Source of the DNA: an uncultured archaeon
GTDB taxonomy: Archaea > Thermoproteota > EX4484-205 > JAAOZP01
Assembly (NCBI GenBank): GCA_938045545.1
Contig: CALIBN010000002.1
Span: 64,001-128,000, forward strand
Direction: 5' to 3'
DNA: 64,000 bases
Positions 39,211 to 49,443 of this stretch are shown piece after piece. How positions within the stretch are numbered: the stretch's first letter is position 1; the number at the start of each line of letters is the position of its first letter. The notes under the pieces were generated by a model, which searched no databases, was not told the origin of the DNA, and saw only the letters and a program-made list of their open reading frames with translations. The translations under genes and the position numbers were made by a program.

Positions 39211-40200
39211 ATGCTTGGCAAGGTTCCTCCGAGAATACTTGAGAGAATAGTGTTTTCAAACCTCGGTGCCACCAGCAGGAGAGTCATTGCCGGCCCAGGC
39301 ATAGGCGTCGACAACAGCATGATATCTTTAGATGGTGTTAAGATAATTGTTTCAAGCGATCCTGTTACGGGAGCCAAGGAGAACCTGGGTAGGATTGGCG
39401 TCGACGTTTCAACCAACGACGTGGCCCTAACAGGCGTGAGACCAGAGTTCCTCCTAGTCGTGCTTATCCTTCCTCCTGCAGCCAGCCATAAGGAAATCAG
39501 GAGGATAATGAGGCAGGCCAGCGATGAAGCTAAGAGGCTTGGGGTCGCTATAGTTGGGGGGCATACGGAGTATTCGAGCATCGTTGAAAAACCTGTGTTC
39601 GTGGGTACGGCAATAGGGTGGACTAGACGTAGAAGAATCATCACTTCGAGCGGCGCTAAGTCTGGTGAAAACATTGTGATGGTTGGGGAGGCGGGTGTTG
39701 AAGGAACCTCCATACTTGCTTCCGACCTTTGGGGGAGGTTGGTGGAGAAAGGGGTTCAGCCATCGGTCTTAAAAAGGGCGAGAAGGCTTGTTGAAAACCT
39801 GAGCATAGTTGAGCCCGCACTGGTTTCCGCGAAGTATGTTTCAGCCATGCATGACCCTACGGAGGGCGGTGTGCTCGGCGGAATATTTGAAATATGTGAA
39901 GCCTCTGGAAAAGGGTGCGTCGTAAACATGGAGTCAATACCGGTTAGGATGGAGACTATGATAATATGCGAAAAGCTCGGGTTAGACCCTCTTAGGCTCG
40001 TTAGCTCCGGAACCCTGCTGGCAACAGTCAGCGAATCTAAGACACCAGGGCTGTTGAGAAGGCTTCGGGAGAAAGGGTTTAAGGCACGCGTCATAGGAAG
40101 GATGACGGGAAACAAGAGCGAGAGGATCGGGCTACTTGGCAGGAGGGAAATCAGGATAAGAAAGCTTCCTCAAGACGAACTGTGGAAAGCTATCGGCTGA
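39211..40200 (+). CDS. AIR synthase-related (HypE/ThiL/PurM fold) protein
   Basis: GKVPP, GPGIGVD, SSDPVTGA, NDVA, GGHTE, MHDPTEGG, DPLRLVSSG. Confidence 0.88.
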   Translation: MLGKVPPRILERIVFSNLGATSRRVIAGPGIGVDNSMISLDGVKIIVSSDPVTGAKENLGRIGVDVSTNDVALTGVRPEFLLVVLILPPAASHKEIRRIMRQASDEAKRLGVAIVGGHTEYSSIVEKPVFVGTAIGWTRRRRIITSSGAKSGENIVMVGEAGVEGTSILASDLWGRLVEKGVQPSVLKRARRLVENLSIVEPALVSAKYVSAMHDPTEGGVLGGIFEICEASGKGCVVNMESIPVRMETMIICEKLGLDPLRLVSSGTLLATVSESKTPGLLRRLREKGFKARVIGRMTGNKSERIGLLGRREIRIRKLPQDELWKAIG

Positions 40201-40918
40201 TTATCCTTGATTGCCCTATTCTCTTCGCAACCGCGTTGTAAAGCGGCACAGCCACCAGTGTCCCTATGAAGGTTTGAGCGAAGTTCGCAGGCACCTCGAA
40301 GACTGCTCCCAACTGGTATAGGGAAAGCTCGTAGAGGAAGTATCCTAGAACCATTTCGAAGCCTCCTATGAAGCACGGCACTATTAGCGGCAGGTTCTCC
40401 CGGTAGACTCTCAGAATGAAGATTAGCGATGCCGCTAGAACGATGAGTATTGTGAAGAGAATAGGCTGATAGGCTACTGTAGCCGAGTATATTGTGAGCA
40501 GCGATACTTCAGCCTCTCCTGTGAAAAGAAATATGACCAGTATGGTTCCGAGAATCACTGTTGGAACCGGGAGGAAGAGCATCAGGAGCCGAGTAGCCCG
40601 CGACTCCTTTCCAGCGAAAACCTCGTGGAGAAAGCCGGTTAGGAAGCCTTCAACACCTTTAACGATAAGGGTGGCGGGAGCATACACGGTATAACCTAGG
40701 AACAGGTCGCTCAGCATTGATCCTAATCCGCCTGCGAGAAACCCTACGAGGGGGCCGAACAACAGGGCGGTTAGGAAGATCATGGAGTCCCCCAGGTTAA
40801 AGTAGCCCCTGGTGGCCGGGATATATATGGAGACGGATGCTGTCGCCACGAAGACTAGAGCGGTGGAAAGGGCTGCTGACGAGACAAGCCTAGCCTTCGA
40901 AACACTTAGGTTACGCAT
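40190..40918 (-). CDS. ECF transporter S component (COG4720-like)
   Basis: ALVFVAT, GYFNLGD, GGLGSMLSD, TLIVKGVEG, GYFLYE, PANFAQ. Confidence 0.88.
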   Translation of the reverse strand: MRNLSVSKARLVSSAALSTALVFVATASVSIYIPATRGYFNLGDSMIFLTALLFGPLVGFLAGGLGSMLSDLFLGYTVYAPATLIVKGVEGFLTGFLHEVFAGKESRATRLLMLFLPVPTVILGTILVIFLFTGEAEVSLLTIYSATVAYQPILFTILIVLAASLIFILRVYRENLPLIVPCFIGGFEMVLGYFLYELSLYQLGAVFEVPANFAQTFIGTLVAVPLYNAVAKRIGQSRIISR

Positions 40919-40992
40919 AAGAAGGAGAATCCATTCGCGGAATAAAACGCTTACCTTATATTAAGGCTTATAGTAAGAGGACGCTGCTAATT

Positions 40993-41805
40993 TCAACTTT
41001 TCAAAACCAGTTTGAAAAGATAGCATGCGGAAAACAGCATGATCGAGACCAGGGCTATTGCGCCACTAGTCGGAATATCGTAGAGCAGTGATACTGTAAT
41101 ACCTCCTAATCCAGATATGGCCTCAACTGTGAAAGCCGCTAGCAGCATCATGTCTATGCGGCGGGCCAGCAGCCTTGAGACCGCTGCAGGTATTACGAGA
41201 AGCGTGACGGAAAGCAGAATGCCCATGGTTCTCGCCACGACAGCGGCAGTTATCGCGGAAACAGCGAATAGCAGTGAGTCGTATAGTCCTGTTTTAAGGC
41301 CAAAAGATTCAGCGGTCTCCATGTCGAAGCAAATGTAGATAAACTCCCTGTAAAACATTATGGTGACAATGAGTGAAACGGTTGACGCAGCAGCCAGACT
41401 GAGCACATCCATTTCTGAAAGAAGCAGAAGGTCACTCACAAGATAACTGTCAACTAAAATTCTCCTCTCTATCGGCATGTAGCTTCTTATTATCACGTAG
41501 AGCATCACGCTTACAGCTAGAGAAACGCTGAGCATCATGCCCAAGGCTTGCTGACTGCTCCTACCAACGCGGGAAACAAGTATGGATGTTGCCACGCAGA
41601 ACAATATTGCAAATACAAACGGGTCTCCAGCTCCCGGCAGTAAAGCCTGGATTAAAACGCCTACTGCTGCACCCCCTAAGGCAGCGTGTGAAACCTCAGG
41701 AGTAATGTAGAGGGCTCCTCTCAGAAGCATGATTACTGAAATCGGTGCTGAAAACGAGGCGAAAACAACTCCGACGATTGCTCTTAAGACAAACGGGTCA
41801 AGCAT
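40993..41805 (-). CDS. Zn/Mn ABC transporter permease
   Basis: SHAALGG, FDMETAE..G, GILL, PAA, PTSGAI; ABC-3 family. Start placed at 41805. Confidence 0.9.
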   Translation of the reverse strand: MLDPFVLRAIVGVVFASFSAPISVIMLLRGALYITPEVSHAALGGAAVGVLIQALLPGAGDPFVFAILFCVATSILVSRVGRSSQQALGMMLSVSLAVSVMLYVIIRSYMPIERRILVDSYLVSDLLLLSEMDVLSLAAASTVSLIVTIMFYREFIYICFDMETAESFGLKTGLYDSLLFAVSAITAAVVARTMGILLSVTLLVIPAAVSRLLARRIDMMLLAAFTVEAISGLGGITVSLLYDIPTSGAIALVSIMLFSACYLFKLVLKS

Positions 41806-42577
41806 GCTTATCACCCAGTATGAAGATCCTCCGGCCCTCTCTTTCAACAGTTTTTAAACAGGGATAGATCGGTTTCAGCCTCTCCTCGCTTAAAACCAAG
41901 CTCGGATCACCATATCCGCATACAGCCCTGTTTAAAACAAGAATCCTGTCGGTAAGCTCCATTATAGGGTCAACCTCATGCTCCACGATAACTATGGTTC
42001 TCCCCCTCTCCTTCAAAGTCTTGAAAACGTTAATCAAGTACTCCTGGCTCTCGGAATCCAGCCCGGCGAACACCTCGTCCAGCAGCAGGAGCAACGGGTC
42101 GGATGCTAGCGCCCTCGCTATCAGGACCCTTCGCTGCTGCCCCCCGCTGAGCTCGTTGAAAAAAGACCCCCAGTGTTCCTCCATGCCCAAGTATGCTAGA
42201 GCCCTTCTAGCGGATTCAAAATCATCCTTTAAAACAGCTCTGGGAAAACTTTTCCTCAAGACTATCCCCATTAGGACAACCTCGCTCACCCTCAACGGAG
42301 TTTCGTAGGAAACCCGGTCTTTCTGCGGGACGTAGCCAACGAGCCCTCTGAGCCTACCATAGTCAGTAAAAGGGTTTAAACCGAGTACTTTGACGCTTCC
42401 CTTGAAAGGCTTAACCATGCCCAGGAGGACCTTTAAAAGCGTAGTCTTGCCAGCCCCGTTCGGCCCGACGACAGTTATGAACGCTGGCGACTCAACCTGG
42501 AAGCTAACATCCTCTAAAACCATGTGGCCATCAAGCCTCACCGAAGCGTTTTCGACAGATATTACCGGAGTACTCAT
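41798..42577 (-). CDS. Zn/Mn ABC transporter ATP-binding protein
   Basis: GPNGAGKT, GYVPQ, LSGGQ, LLLDE, VEHE. Confidence 0.93.
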   Translation of the reverse strand: MSTPVISVENASVRLDGHMVLEDVSFQVESPAFITVVGPNGAGKTTLLKVLLGMVKPFKGSVKVLGLNPFTDYGRLRGLVGYVPQKDRVSYETPLRVSEVVLMGIVLRKSFPRAVLKDDFESARRALAYLGMEEHWGSFFNELSGGQQRRVLIARALASDPLLLLLDEVFAGLDSESQEYLINVFKTLKERGRTIVIVEHEVDPIMELTDRILVLNRAVCGYGDPSLVLSEERLKPIYPCLKTVEREGRRIFILGDKHA

Positions 42578-43596
42578 CGTTTACTCCTCCTGACTAAGAT
42601 TATTGTTTCAAGCACGAGCGCCAGCAGTGCTGCAAGCGTTGTCAGAAGGTAAATGTTAACCCCGCTTGAAACAGCTTCCCGCTCGGATAAGAGCGCACTG
42701 TAAACCTGACCAGCGTTATAGTACATTATTGAATCGTAATCCTTCACGCCGGTTGCTGAAACTACTGAGACATAGGCTATCTTGCAACCCGTATCCTTAG
42801 AGATTTCCCGCAGAGCATTTTGAACCCCGCTCATCAACAAAGCGGTGTCGGAGACAACTATGCAAGCATATTCTCCAGACGTAAGCCCGTCGTAAACCCT
42901 GCTTAAAGACCCAGGGCTTATGGCCTCGCCCTCGCCAACAAGCACGGCGCCTGCTTTTAAACCCATGGCTTCAACGACGTATTGCTCCTCGTAGAAACCT
43001 ATGACAACTCTCTTCCCAGATGAGCCGTGTTTCTCCGAAAGCCTTTGGAGAAAAATCTTTAGAGACGATACTTTTTCCTCGAAAAGCATGCAGTTGAACC
43101 GGTATTTCTCAGAACGCTCAGGACTCAAGTTTGAAAGCCTGTCTCTCAGGGCTCTCGCGATCAGGATAGCGTTATCAGGAAGAAGCCAGAAGCCGTGAAT
43201 ATTCCTCCCGCCCTCCAGCTCGAGAATAGTGCCATTCCTCTCAACCAGGTCAAGCAGGTTTAGCGTTATTGAACCGGTTTCAACACCTCTTTCCTCGGCA
43301 ACCCGTTTAACAAGATCCTTCTCCCACTCCATGTGACCAGTTATAACTATCAGGTCAGCGCTGGAAGCGTTTCTCACAATGCTTGGAGTAAGGGTGAAGC
43401 CATGTGGCTCAGCATCCCCTGGAACAATCGAATAAACCTCTCCGGCACCGCCCGTTACAGAGGAAACGATCGGCCTCAGAATATCCATCGTGACAACTAT
43501 CCTGGTCTTCCCATACGTCTCAGCATAGGCAGATACTGGTGAAAACTGCAGGAAAACTGTTGCGAGAATCATGGTTCCAACCGTGTTCCTCAGCAA
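42574..43596 (-). CDS. Zn/Mn ABC transporter substrate-binding protein with C-terminal TM anchor
   Basis: Signal peptide, PGDAEPH, NIHGFW and a C-terminal hydrophobic helix. Confidence 0.88.
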   Translation of the reverse strand: MLRNTVGTMILATVFLQFSPVSAYAETYGKTRIVVTMDILRPIVSSVTGGAGEVYSIVPGDAEPHGFTLTPSIVRNASSADLIVITGHMEWEKDLVKRVAEERGVETGSITLNLLDLVERNGTILELEGGRNIHGFWLLPDNAILIARALRDRLSNLSPERSEKYRFNCMLFEEKVSSLKIFLQRLSEKHGSSGKRVVIGFYEEQYVVEAMGLKAGAVLVGEGEAISPGSLSRVYDGLTSGEYACIVVSDTALLMSGVQNALREISKDTGCKIAYVSVVSATGVKDYDSIMYYNAGQVYSALLSEREAVSSGVNIYLLTTLAALLALVLETIILVRRSKR

Positions 43597-44042
43597 CAGT
43601 ACCTGCCTCCTGGAATATGGCTCCTATGAGGGCAGGTCTTAGGATGACCTAGAGCACTGCACATGGAGTCAACGATCTTCTCAGGAAGATATTGTTCAAC
43701 CATGCTCGCGCATTCGCAAGCATCCTGCAGACCCATTGAGAGGAACCTGTAAACATATGTTTCGAAAACCCTGTGGTTCCTGATTATTCTGTTAACTTCT
43801 CCTAACCCTTTTTCAGTAAGGCTTACTCCCCTCCAACGATACCTTTTAACCATGCCTTTTTCCTCTAGTCTTCCAAGATATTCGCTTGCAGTCGCACATG
43901 AAACCCCCATGGCATCAGCCACCTCCAGGCTTCCAACCATATTCCTTCCTGAAAGCAGATTGAAAACCGCCTTAAGATACTGGATCTCCTTCCCCGTTAG
44001 GCTTTGTTTCGAAGCCTGTCTTGAAGCCCCCGATTTAGGCAT
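43590..44042 (-). CDS. DtxR/MntR family metal-dependent transcriptional regulator
   Basis: YLKAVF, GVS.AT, LTEKG, HRVFE, LGHPKTCPH. Confidence 0.92.
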   Translation of the reverse strand: MPKSGASRQASKQSLTGKEIQYLKAVFNLLSGRNMVGSLEVADAMGVSCATASEYLGRLEEKGMVKRYRWRGVSLTEKGLGEVNRIIRNHRVFETYVYRFLSMGLQDACECASMVEQYLPEKIVDSMCSALGHPKTCPHRSHIPGGRYCC

Positions 44043-44046
44043 GCAC

Positions 44047-44067
44047 AATTAAGGAAGTTCCTAAATT
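44047..44067. promoter_or_regulatory. candidate DtxR-family operator, AATTAAGGAA-G-TTCCTAAATT
   Basis: 21-bp palindrome with one mismatch, between the TATA-like box (about 44065-44071, minus strand) and the dtxR ATG. Confidence 0.65.
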
Positions 44068-44284
44068 TAAGTTTTTTCGGGACGAGTTCCCTTAAGGAAC
44101 CTACTTCCACTCACAAGCATAAACCACGACGCCCGATGGATCGCATGGGCTACGTCCTGAACTTCTTAATCTTGCCTCTTCGCCGCTCATGGTTTTAGAA
44201 GCATTCGGATTTTGAACTCGAGGCCGTTTCAAATTAAATAGGTAAAAATTTTCAAAAAGAGTAGATTGATTAAATCATTCCTTT

Positions 44285-46444
44285 TCAGACGAGAAAAAAC
44301 TCCTCCTTCTCACCGAACTTCTTGTATTTAGCCAACATCTCCTCTTTTAAACTGGGTTTGATGGTTTGAAGAGCTTTTTCAAAGTCCTCCTTAGTCACCT
44401 TGTCAGCATCCCTCCTCAAAGCGTTTAAGCCAGCCTCCCTGCAGAGCGCCTCCAGGTCAGCCCCAGAGTAGCCTTCAGTCCTCTTAGCGATCTCCTCAAG
44501 ACTAACTCCCTCCAACGGCATTCTCCTCGTATGGATTTTAAGTATCTGGAGCCTTGAAGCCTCATCCGGCGGCGGAACATACAGTACTACTTCAAACCTT
44601 CCCGGCCTCATTATCGCAGGGTCGAGAAGCTCAGGCCTGTTGGTAGCTCCTATTATAACAATCCTCTCAATTGGGGTGAGCCCATCCATCTCTGTCAGCA
44701 GCTGGCTTACAACCCTCTCCGTCACGCCGCTGTCAGCCATGCTCATGCCTCTCCTCGGAGCGACCGCGTCAACCTCATCCAGGAAGATTATTGAGGGCGA
44801 GGCGAGCCTGGCCTTCCTAAACACTTCCCTTATTGCTTTCTCAGACTCCCCAACCCATTTCGAGAAGATCTCTGGACCCTTAATGCTTATGAAGTTGGCC
44901 TCGCTCTCAGTCGCAACCGCCCTGGCGAGAAGAGTCTTCCCGCATCCCGGTGGACCGTAGAGAAGTATCGCTTTAGGAGGCGTTATACCTAGTTTTTCAA
45001 ACTTCTCCGGCGTCTTTATTGGAAGCTCGACGGTCTCCCTGAGCCTTCTCTTAATCTCCTCAAGCCCTCCGACGTCGCTCCACCTGACCGTTGGAACCTC
45101 AACATACACTTCCCTCATCGCGGAAGGAGTTATTTCTTTAAACGCGTTCATGAAGTCCTCAGCCTTAACAACCATTTTCTCCAAGACAGACTGTGGAATC
45201 CTCTCATCCAGCTTTATCTCAGGCAAGTATCTTCTCAAAGCCTTCATCGCCGCCTCCCTGCACAGCGCAGCCAGGTCTGCACCAGTATAGCCGTGCGTTA
45301 TTTCAGCCAGCTTCTTCAAGTCCACATCCTTGTCAAGCGGCATCGACCTGGTGTGGATCTGAAGTATTTCAAGCCTGCCCTGCTTATCGGGCACTCCTAT
45401 CTCTATCTCCCTGTCGAACCGCCCCGGCCTGCGTAAAGCAGGGTCAATCATGTTCGGAACATTCGTCGCGCCTATGACGATCACGTCGCCCCTAGCCTTC
45501 AAACCATCCATGAGCGCGAGAAGCTGTGCCACCACTCTTCTCTCAACCTCGCCGCCAACCTCCTCTCTCTTAGGCGCTATAGCGTCAATCTCATCTATGA
45601 AGATTATGCTTGGAGCCTTCTCCTGAGCCTCCTGGAAAACCCTTCTAAGCCTTTCCTCAGACTCGCCGTAAAACTTGCTCATTATCTCAGGCCCGTTTAT
45701 AGAAAGGAAGTTGGCGTCAGACTCGTTTGCAACAGCCTTAGCCAGGAGCGTTTTACCAGTGCCAGGCGGGCCGTGGAGCAGAACCCCCTTAGGCGGCTCT
45801 ATGCCCAGCCTCTGGAAAAGCTCCGGGTGTCTCAGGGGAAGCTCAACCATCTCCCTTATTCGTTGAATCTCCTCGTGTAAACCGCCAATATCCTCGTAAG
45901 TAACCCTTGGAATAGCCAGCTTCTCAGCAGCCTCTTCGCTAACTATCTGCATCCTTGTGTCCGGAGTAACCTTCACGAAGCCCCTTGGCTTAACCCGGAC
46001 CACCGTGAGGCCGAGGGCTTGGCCGCCGAAGACAGGTACCGCAACTATGTCGCCCTCGGTGAGAGGAGTATCTATAAGCTTATCCCTAACATAGTCTAAG
46101 AAGTCCTCGTCCACGCTGGATATTCGCGCACCCATTGGTGCTAATACGACTTCATTAGCGTTCTCAACCTTATCCACCTTCCTGATCTTTACATAATCCC
46201 CTATCGCAACCCCGGCGCTCTTCCTTATCAGGCCGTCCATCCTCGCTATTTTTCTATCCTCATCCTCAGCGTAGCCGGGCCAGACAACTGCTGAAGCAGA
46301 CTTCCTGCCAAGAATCTCGACAACGTCTCCAGTCTCAGCCTTAAGCTGAGCCATCTCCTTCCTACCTATTCTAACTATCCTCCTGCCGACGTCCCTCGGA
46401 CGTGCCTCAGCAACAACCAGTTGAACCTCGCTCATAGTTTTCAA
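44285..46444 (-). CDS. cdc48: CDC48/VAT family AAA ATPase
   Basis: N-domain plus two AAA modules ([21 protein letters not shown]). Confidence 0.97.
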   Translation of the reverse strand: MKTMSEVQLVVAEARPRDVGRRIVRIGRKEMAQLKAETGDVVEILGRKSASAVVWPGYAEDEDRKIARMDGLIRKSAGVAIGDYVKIRKVDKVENANEVVLAPMGARISSVDEDFLDYVRDKLIDTPLTEGDIVAVPVFGGQALGLTVVRVKPRGFVKVTPDTRMQIVSEEAAEKLAIPRVTYEDIGGLHEEIQRIREMVELPLRHPELFQRLGIEPPKGVLLHGPPGTGKTLLAKAVANESDANFLSINGPEIMSKFYGESEERLRRVFQEAQEKAPSIIFIDEIDAIAPKREEVGGEVERRVVAQLLALMDGLKARGDVIVIGATNVPNMIDPALRRPGRFDREIEIGVPDKQGRLEILQIHTRSMPLDKDVDLKKLAEITHGYTGADLAALCREAAMKALRRYLPEIKLDERIPQSVLEKMVVKAEDFMNAFKEITPSAMREVYVEVPTVRWSDVGGLEEIKRRLRETVELPIKTPEKFEKLGITPPKAILLYGPPGCGKTLLARAVATESEANFISIKGPEIFSKWVGESEKAIREVFRKARLASPSIIFLDEVDAVAPRRGMSMADSGVTERVVSQLLTEMDGLTPIERIVIIGATNRPELLDPAIMRPGRFEVVLYVPPPDEASRLQILKIHTRRMPLEGVSLEEIAKRTEGYSGADLEALCREAGLNALRRDADKVTKEDFEKALQTIKPSLKEEMLAKYKKFGEKEEFFLV

Positions 46445-46512
46445 GAAAGAGTTTTACCACTCAGATTTAAGCTTTCAACAAACCTGTTCGCATGGCCAGA
46501 ATTAAAAAACTC

Positions 46513-48291
46513 CTACTGTGCCTCCTTGGGCTCCTCCTCGATCTTCTTCAACTGACTCCTATACATTTCCAGGATCTCCTTAACGGTTGTCGCCTGCTCC
46601 GGAGACTTATCGTCCCTAAGCTTCCCCGTGTACTTCGGGAAGCGGCCGGCGAAGCCTGACCCCTCTCTAACCAAGCCTAGGCCGCACGTGTGAACCGGGC
46701 TCAGGGTTATTTCGGAAACTATTATCTCAATGACTATTCTGGGCTCAACCCAGACGTCGGCCTCAATCTTAGAATCCACCCTTGGATGACTATGCTCAAT
46801 CCTGTATTTGTCAACCAGCTCGGTGAATCTCTCAAGGTCTTCGTCTGTAAAACCGGTTCCGCATTTAGCAAATGTTCTGAACATGTCCTCCTCAGGGTCA
46901 TAGGCGGCTAGAAGATACGCGCCGTACCTGCCTGCCCTCTTCCCCCTGCCGTGGAAAGCCCCGACTATAACCAGGTCTATGGTGTCAGCGACCTCAACCT
47001 TATACTCTCTCTTCAGCTTTATCCAGCTCCACTCTCTGGCACCAGCCCTATAGGGTGCTTTCAAATCCTTAACAACAAGCCCTTCGCAGCCCTCTGAAAT
47101 AGCTTCCTCCATGAAGCTCTCTATCTCGCTTGGGTTTCTCGAAACGATTTGCCTAACCAGCTTAACCCTCTCGTCTTCAACAATAATCCTGCTTAACGCA
47201 GCTCTCCGCTCAACGTATTGTTTCTGAGTATAATCCATCCCGTCAGCATACAGGAGGTCGAAGAAGAATAGTGCAACAGGATACTCTTTCATCGCCTCCT
47301 CCACGCCATACTTCCTCCTCCTGTGCATAAGCTCTTGAAAAGGCAGCAGCTCCCCAGTATCCGGGTTTATCGCTACGCACTCAGCCTCAAGAATAGCCTC
47401 ACGGGCCTTCACATTCCTCTTGGCTAGCTCTATAGCGTCAGGATAGTGGCCAGTAATGTTTTCAAGCCTCCTAGAGAAAAGCATGATGCCGCCATCATAC
47501 TTATGAACCTGGATGCGCTCCCCGTCGAGCTTATATTCTGCAGCAGCCTCGCCGCCAAGTTTTTCAAGAACCTCTTGAACGGTTGTCAAGCGTTCCGCAA
47601 GCATCGGCCTAACAGGCTTGCCGACCGTAATCTTAAAATCTGAAACACCGTTGAGCCCCTTCTCGGCAACAGCCCTCGCGACAGCCCCTAGGTCGCTGGA
47701 TATGTTGTATGCACGCTCTATAATAGGCCTGTTAGACTTGTCTCCTGTGAACGCTTGAGCGAGGGCATCGAGTATCGTGTAGTCAGCTATGCCGAGCCTA
47801 AGCCTCCCGGTGATCGTTCTAACAGCATACTTAGCCTCCTTCGGAGACATGTCTATCAGCAGGGAGACGAGTAGGCTAGTCTTCTGGGTCACGGAGCCTT
47901 TCCCACCTAGCTTAGCAAGCCTGTAGAGCTTCTCGTATACTTCCAGGAGGGTTGGGTTCCTGCTTACAAGCTTCCTCTGAACCTTTCTTCCTGCAAGGGT
48001 TTCCGCCACGCTTCCAAGGTCTCCGGTCTCCCTATAGATTTTCTCAACAGTATTCTGGTCAAACCCCGAGAAATCCGTTAAAGCCCTTAAGACGAGCTTG
48101 TCAGCCATCCCGAACTCCAGGCCCTCGTAGTCCGGCCTAACTTTTCCCTGAAGCAGGTAGACGAGCTTCTCAAGCTCAGCGGGGCTGGCTTTCCTGAACA
48201 GGTCCGTGAGGAAGCTAGTCATTTCAATCCTTTTCGTCGTCGACTCGATTTGCTCCATCGCGTCCGCGACTTCTCTGAAAAGCATAACCAT
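46513..48291 (-). CDS. lig: ATP-dependent DNA ligase
   Basis: EYKLDGER, FDLLY, EGLVVK, WIKLK, RFP motifs. Start moved to 48291. Confidence 0.97.
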   Translation of the reverse strand: MVMLFREVADAMEQIESTTKRIEMTSFLTDLFRKASPAELEKLVYLLQGKVRPDYEGLEFGMADKLVLRALTDFSGFDQNTVEKIYRETGDLGSVAETLAGRKVQRKLVSRNPTLLEVYEKLYRLAKLGGKGSVTQKTSLLVSLLIDMSPKEAKYAVRTITGRLRLGIADYTILDALAQAFTGDKSNRPIIERAYNISSDLGAVARAVAEKGLNGVSDFKITVGKPVRPMLAERLTTVQEVLEKLGGEAAAEYKLDGERIQVHKYDGGIMLFSRRLENITGHYPDAIELAKRNVKAREAILEAECVAINPDTGELLPFQELMHRRRKYGVEEAMKEYPVALFFFDLLYADGMDYTQKQYVERRAALSRIIVEDERVKLVRQIVSRNPSEIESFMEEAISEGCEGLVVKDLKAPYRAGAREWSWIKLKREYKVEVADTIDLVIVGAFHGRGKRAGRYGAYLLAAYDPEEDMFRTFAKCGTGFTDEDLERFTELVDKYRIEHSHPRVDSKIEADVWVEPRIVIEIIVSEITLSPVHTCGLGLVREGSGFAGRFPKYTGKLRDDKSPEQATTVKEILEMYRSQLKKIEEEPKEAQ

Positions 48292-48334
48292 GGTTTTTAA
48301 GCGCATTTGGAGTGGTAAAAATGTTTCTGTCTCT

Positions 48335-48757
48335 TTAGAAGGAACCGGGTGGGGATTCCGAGACGAGGAAGGCTTCCAGGAGCTTCCTGAAATCAACCGG
48401 GTCTCCTTCTCCAATCCCGGGACATTGCTCGTCGAAGAGGAAAACATACTCCTTGGAGCCGTGTTTAACCACCTCCACGTCTTCAGGGAGGCTTAGAAAG
48501 TGCTCCAGCACATTTTTCTCAACCGGGTAGAAAGGGTAAAGCCTGCATAAAAGAGGCTTGTAATCGTGGATGGTGCAAAGCCCATTTCTGAGGAATGGGC
48601 ATAAACCTTTTTCACCGACCAGGATCATCCTACCCTCAGGGGTATAGTGTGGATTGAAGGAAGGTTTAGCGCTTCTAATCTTCTTCACATCTTCTTCAGA
48701 AAGCTCTGGGGTTAGACCGCAGCATTTCTCCCCGCAAAGTCTACATCTGAAAAGCAT
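48335..48757 (-). CDS. YkgJ family (CxxCxxCC) Fe-S/Zn cluster protein
   Basis: CRLCGEKCC, CPFL...CTIHDYKPLLCRLYPF, CPGIG. Confidence 0.88.
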   Translation of the reverse strand: MLFRCRLCGEKCCGLTPELSEEDVKKIRSAKPSFNPHYTPEGRMILVGEKGLCPFLRNGLCTIHDYKPLLCRLYPFYPVEKNVLEHFLSLPEDVEVVKHGSKEYVFLFDEQCPGIGEGDPVDFRKLLEAFLVSESPPGSF

Positions 48758-48857
48758 GTTTCTCCAAGCTATCGGAAGCCTAGAGGAAATATTTTCAACC
48801 ATTTAAACAGACGCTTACAGGAAGCTTTTTAAAACCTTATCCTTCAACCGAGTAGGC

Positions 48858-49439
48858 TTGAAGCGTAAAACTGCTGAAGCCCTCTCCTACCTGTTATCCA
48901 ACCCCGTGGTAGGTGGGCTCGGAGGACTCGTATTGATGCTTAGGGAGGAGGCTTTACTAGACAACCCTGCGCTGAACATTCTAATAGTGTTGCTCTTCTA
49001 CAGCATAGTCCCCTTTTTAAGCGTCTACTATCTCAGGCTGCGTGGTAAATCAGACGTGTTTATGAGTGAGAAAAGCAGGAGGCCGAAGCACTTTATTCCT
49101 GGGTTAGTGGGCTACGCGGTTTCAGCAATCGTCTTCCAAGCCTGGGGAATGAAGCTGATGAGAACCGTTTCATCCTCCTTCCTTTTAACATCGCTGATCC
49201 TCCTGCTCCTAACATTCGCGACAAAGGTGAGTATTCACGTCGGAGGCCTGACTGTGACAGTAATCCTAATACTTTACTCCTACTGGCCCACCGGATTAAT
49301 CCTCTTACCCCTAATACCTGTTTTAGCGTGGGCACGCGTAAGCACGGGTGAGCACACCTGCTGGCAGACGGTGCTTGGCGTCTTTTCAGGCACCGTGGGA
49401 GGCCTGCTCGGAATAGCGTTTTTCCCAACGTGGTATTAA
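48858..49439 (+). CDS. PAP2-like membrane protein
   Basis: About 6 TM helices with KVSIH and WARV...HT..Q motifs. Confidence 0.75.
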   Translation: MKRKTAEALSYLLSNPVVGGLGGLVLMLREEALLDNPALNILIVLLFYSIVPFLSVYYLRLRGKSDVFMSEKSRRPKHFIPGLVGYAVSAIVFQAWGMKLMRTVSSSFLLTSLILLLLTFATKVSIHVGGLTVTVILILYSYWPTGLILLPLIPVLAWARVSTGEHTCWQTVLGVFSGTVGGLLGIAFFPTWY

Positions 49440-49443
49440 CGCT

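Noticed and set aside
48292-48447. Long N-terminal extensions of lig (and likewise trpS to 8953)
   Set aside because: They overlap neighbouring genuine genes and have low-complexity composition; downstream ATGs fit better.
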